DNA of 18,374 nucleotides from Chlamydiia bacterium (GTDB lineage: Bacteria; Chlamydiota; Chlamydiia; Chlamydiales; Parachlamydiaceae), in assembly GCA_038257035.1 (NCBI GenBank), contig JBBSJT010000041.1, positions 1 through 18,374 of the forward strand, in the 5' to 3' direction. A program made the position numbers and the translations under genes. Positions 16,695-18,374 of the stretch are shown here, in pieces (the first letter of the stretch is position 1; every line of letters begins with the position of its first letter). The notes under the pieces are model-generated. The model did no database searches and was not told the origin of the DNA. It was given only the letters and a program-made list of their open reading frames with translations.

Positions 16695-18077
16695 TTATTT
16701 CGTTGAGGAAAAAAAATCGCTACTTTGTATTTTATTTTCAAGCTTTTGATAGGCAATTACTTCACCGACAACATAACCAAAGAGAGATAAAAGAATACTT
16801 GCCAACTCTTTTGGAAATGCAATTGGATAAATGCGAAAAAGTATAAATCCAATAACTCCAAAGATCATTGCAAGGCAAGCAGAAATAAAGTTTCCTCTTT
16901 TTTTGAATAAAGCGATGAATATAGGTATGAAAAGACAACTGACTGAAAGCTCATAACTTTGCATCAATATGTCTAAAATATTATCAAGAAAGAAGGCAAA
17001 AATGATGGCTGCAATCGAAATTGTGCAAGTGATTCCTCTCACAAGTTTCATGCTACTGCATTTGAACCCTGACATGTTAAAATCACTCGATATATTAGAG
17101 CTGATTGCATTGATGAGTGCTGTAGCTGTTGAAATAATTGCAGCCAAAACCGCGCACCCAACCATTGCTGATATAATAGGGTTTGTGGTTTGAATGATCG
17201 CACTCATTAGTACGCTTCCACCATCCGGTACTTTTAATTGCATCGTTTGGGCTAGAATACCAAAAAATAAAGGAACAATGGAAATGATGATTGTACAAAA
17301 TCCTGCCGCCATTGTCGCTTGAGATACAATTTTTGGAGAAGCTCCAGCAAAGCAACGTTGACCAATGCTTTGCTCAATTAACATAAAAAGAAGCGGCATA
17401 AGCAACCAACGGTTAAGTTTTGAAGAAACTAATCCCAAATTTTCTACATTAGGCATTGGGATTTCAGAAACCATAGGCTCATAAAAAATCACATATCCAA
17501 AACAAAGTAGAAACACTCCCATAAAAAAAAGTGCTTGAACAAGATCTGTAGAAATGACAGCTTTTAAGCCCCCTTGCACTGTATAAATTATTACAATTGC
17601 CCAAAACAGTACAAAGAGGGGTGTGTTTTCAAGTCCAAGGCTTACAAGAAATTTACTTGAACCTATTATTTGTCCTACAAGGATCATAAAAAGAGAACAA
17701 ATTGAAAGAAGAGATGCTGCTTTTTTAAGCATTGATGATTTGTAAGCCACTTCACAAATTTCAGCAACCGTTGAAACCGGAAAATCGGCCAATCGTTTTC
17801 CGATGCCGGCACCTAACACAATCAGGCCAAGTGCCCCTCCAAGCGGGTAAAGAAATATCGACCAACCGTAAAGGTAGGCCTCTTCAGCAGACCCAAGCAC
17901 CATACCGCCTCCAATCACAACTCCGATAAAGGTCATCATGAGCGGGAAAAATTGAACATTTTTCCCAGCAAGGAAATAGTCTTTTTGATCAGCAATTCCT
18001 TTAGAGGAATAGCGACCCACTACGAAATAGATCAATTGCAGCACAAACAGCATGCAAATAAAAATTTTAAAATCCAT
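16695..18077 (-). CDS. Sodium:solute symporter family protein (PutP/PanF-like, substrate unknown)
   Basis: DYFLAGK, YTVQGGLKAVISTDLVQ, QRCFA and LAAIISTA motifs; many TMs. Start reassigned to ATG 18077 after GGAGA. Confidence 0.92.
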   Translation of the reverse strand: MDFKIFICMLFVLQLIYFVVGRYSSKGIADQKDYFLAGKNVQFFPLMMTFIGVVIGGGMVLGSAEEAYLYGWSIFLYPLGGALGLIVLGAGIGKRLADFPVSTVAEICEVAYKSSMLKKAASLLSICSLFMILVGQIIGSSKFLVSLGLENTPLFVLFWAIVIIYTVQGGLKAVISTDLVQALFFMGVFLLCFGYVIFYEPMVSEIPMPNVENLGLVSSKLNRWLLMPLLFMLIEQSIGQRCFAGASPKIVSQATMAAGFCTIIISIVPLFFGILAQTMQLKVPDGGSVLMSAIIQTTNPIISAMVGCAVLAAIISTATALINAISSNISSDFNMSGFKCSSMKLVRGITCTISIAAIIFAFFLDNILDILMQSYELSVSCLFIPIFIALFKKRGNFISACLAMIFGVIGFILFRIYPIAFPKELASILLSLFGYVVGEVIAYQKLENKIQSSDFFSSTK

Positions 18078-18113
18078 GATAAATTCTCCAAAAAAAAATA
18101 ATAGTACGCGTTT

Positions 18114-18190
18114 AAGCCCATGCCGATTCAATAAAAATCGTTCCGACTTGGAGGCTTGTAATTAGTTGCAATCTACGATTGAACTAACAA
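18114..18190 (-). promoter_or_regulatory. Candidate structured 5' leader of the symporter gene
   Basis: Two adjacent stem-loops: UUAGUU-CAAUC-GUA-GAUUG-C-AACUAA, and AAGCC...GGCUU enclosing mutually exclusive inner hairpins. No known riboswitch consensus recognised. Confidence 0.35.
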
Positions 18191-18284
18191 AAAAAATAAT
18201 GGCGATCTGAAATAAAAGGGTGTAAATGCTATTTAGCTAATATTCTAAAATTTCAAGATCAAAAAAACTAACAAGGGGATAAAT

Positions 18285-18374
18285 TTAAGCTGAATGCTTA
18301 TGATGATGGAAAGAATGATGGGTAGACAAATTGACATTGGAACGATTTACCGGCATTAGCCAAGGCTTTCCTGT
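18285..18374 (-). CDS. Possible 3' end of an upstream gene with a His-rich tail (...THHSFHHHKHSA*)
   Basis: Frame open from the window end to TAA at 18285-18287. A second minus frame is also open to about 18298, so the frame is ambiguous. Confidence 0.3.
   Translation of the reverse strand, partial: TGKPWLMPVNRSNVNLSTHHSFHHHKHSA

Noticed and set aside
743..17929. Numerous short ORFs nested in or antisense to the main genes
   Set aside because: Shadow ORFs of well-supported genes, with no recognisable motifs.
18199..18248. GGCGAT...AAATGCT-ATTT-AGCTAAT, a partial resemblance to the fluoride riboswitch
   Set aside because: Lacks the TCGCC P1 partner and the pseudoknot/GAC tail, and is on the opposite strand from the symporter.
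18241..18280. AAAAAAACTAA resembling the preQ1-I riboswitch 3' tail (queF is in the window)
   Set aside because: No adjacent P1 stem or conserved loop, wrong strand for the symporter, and only a short ORF follows.

Overview
AT-rich bacterial window, most likely an environmental member of the Chlamydiae (inferred from the divergent lplT/ygeD-recC-recB arrangement, which I recall from Chlamydia). Genes in order: 3' end of a hypothetical gene (+), a Kef/YbaL-type CPA2 antiporter and a DUF202 protein (-), a signal-peptide protein with remote kinase-fold motifs (+), an lplT-PlsC fusion/queF/ppa operon (-), recC-recB (+), a SulP/STAS transporter (+) and a sodium:solute symporter (-). The gene content is mostly housekeeping; the unusual signal is intergenic. 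There are three GC-rich long inverted-repeat elements (4062-4160, 14482-14681, 16504-16691) of REP/REPIN/MITE-like architecture, with no transposase in the window. The first two share a CGC(A/G)AAG unit. The third has inner hairpins that keep identical loop cores while their stems have changed compensatorily. Three genes that run into these elements (recB, sulP, ppa) switch to C-ending synonymous codons at their 3' ends. Other candidates are a possible secreted pseudokinase, a structured leader before the symporter and an RBS-occluding hairpin between queF and ppa. All analysis was by eye; no database searches or folding were run.
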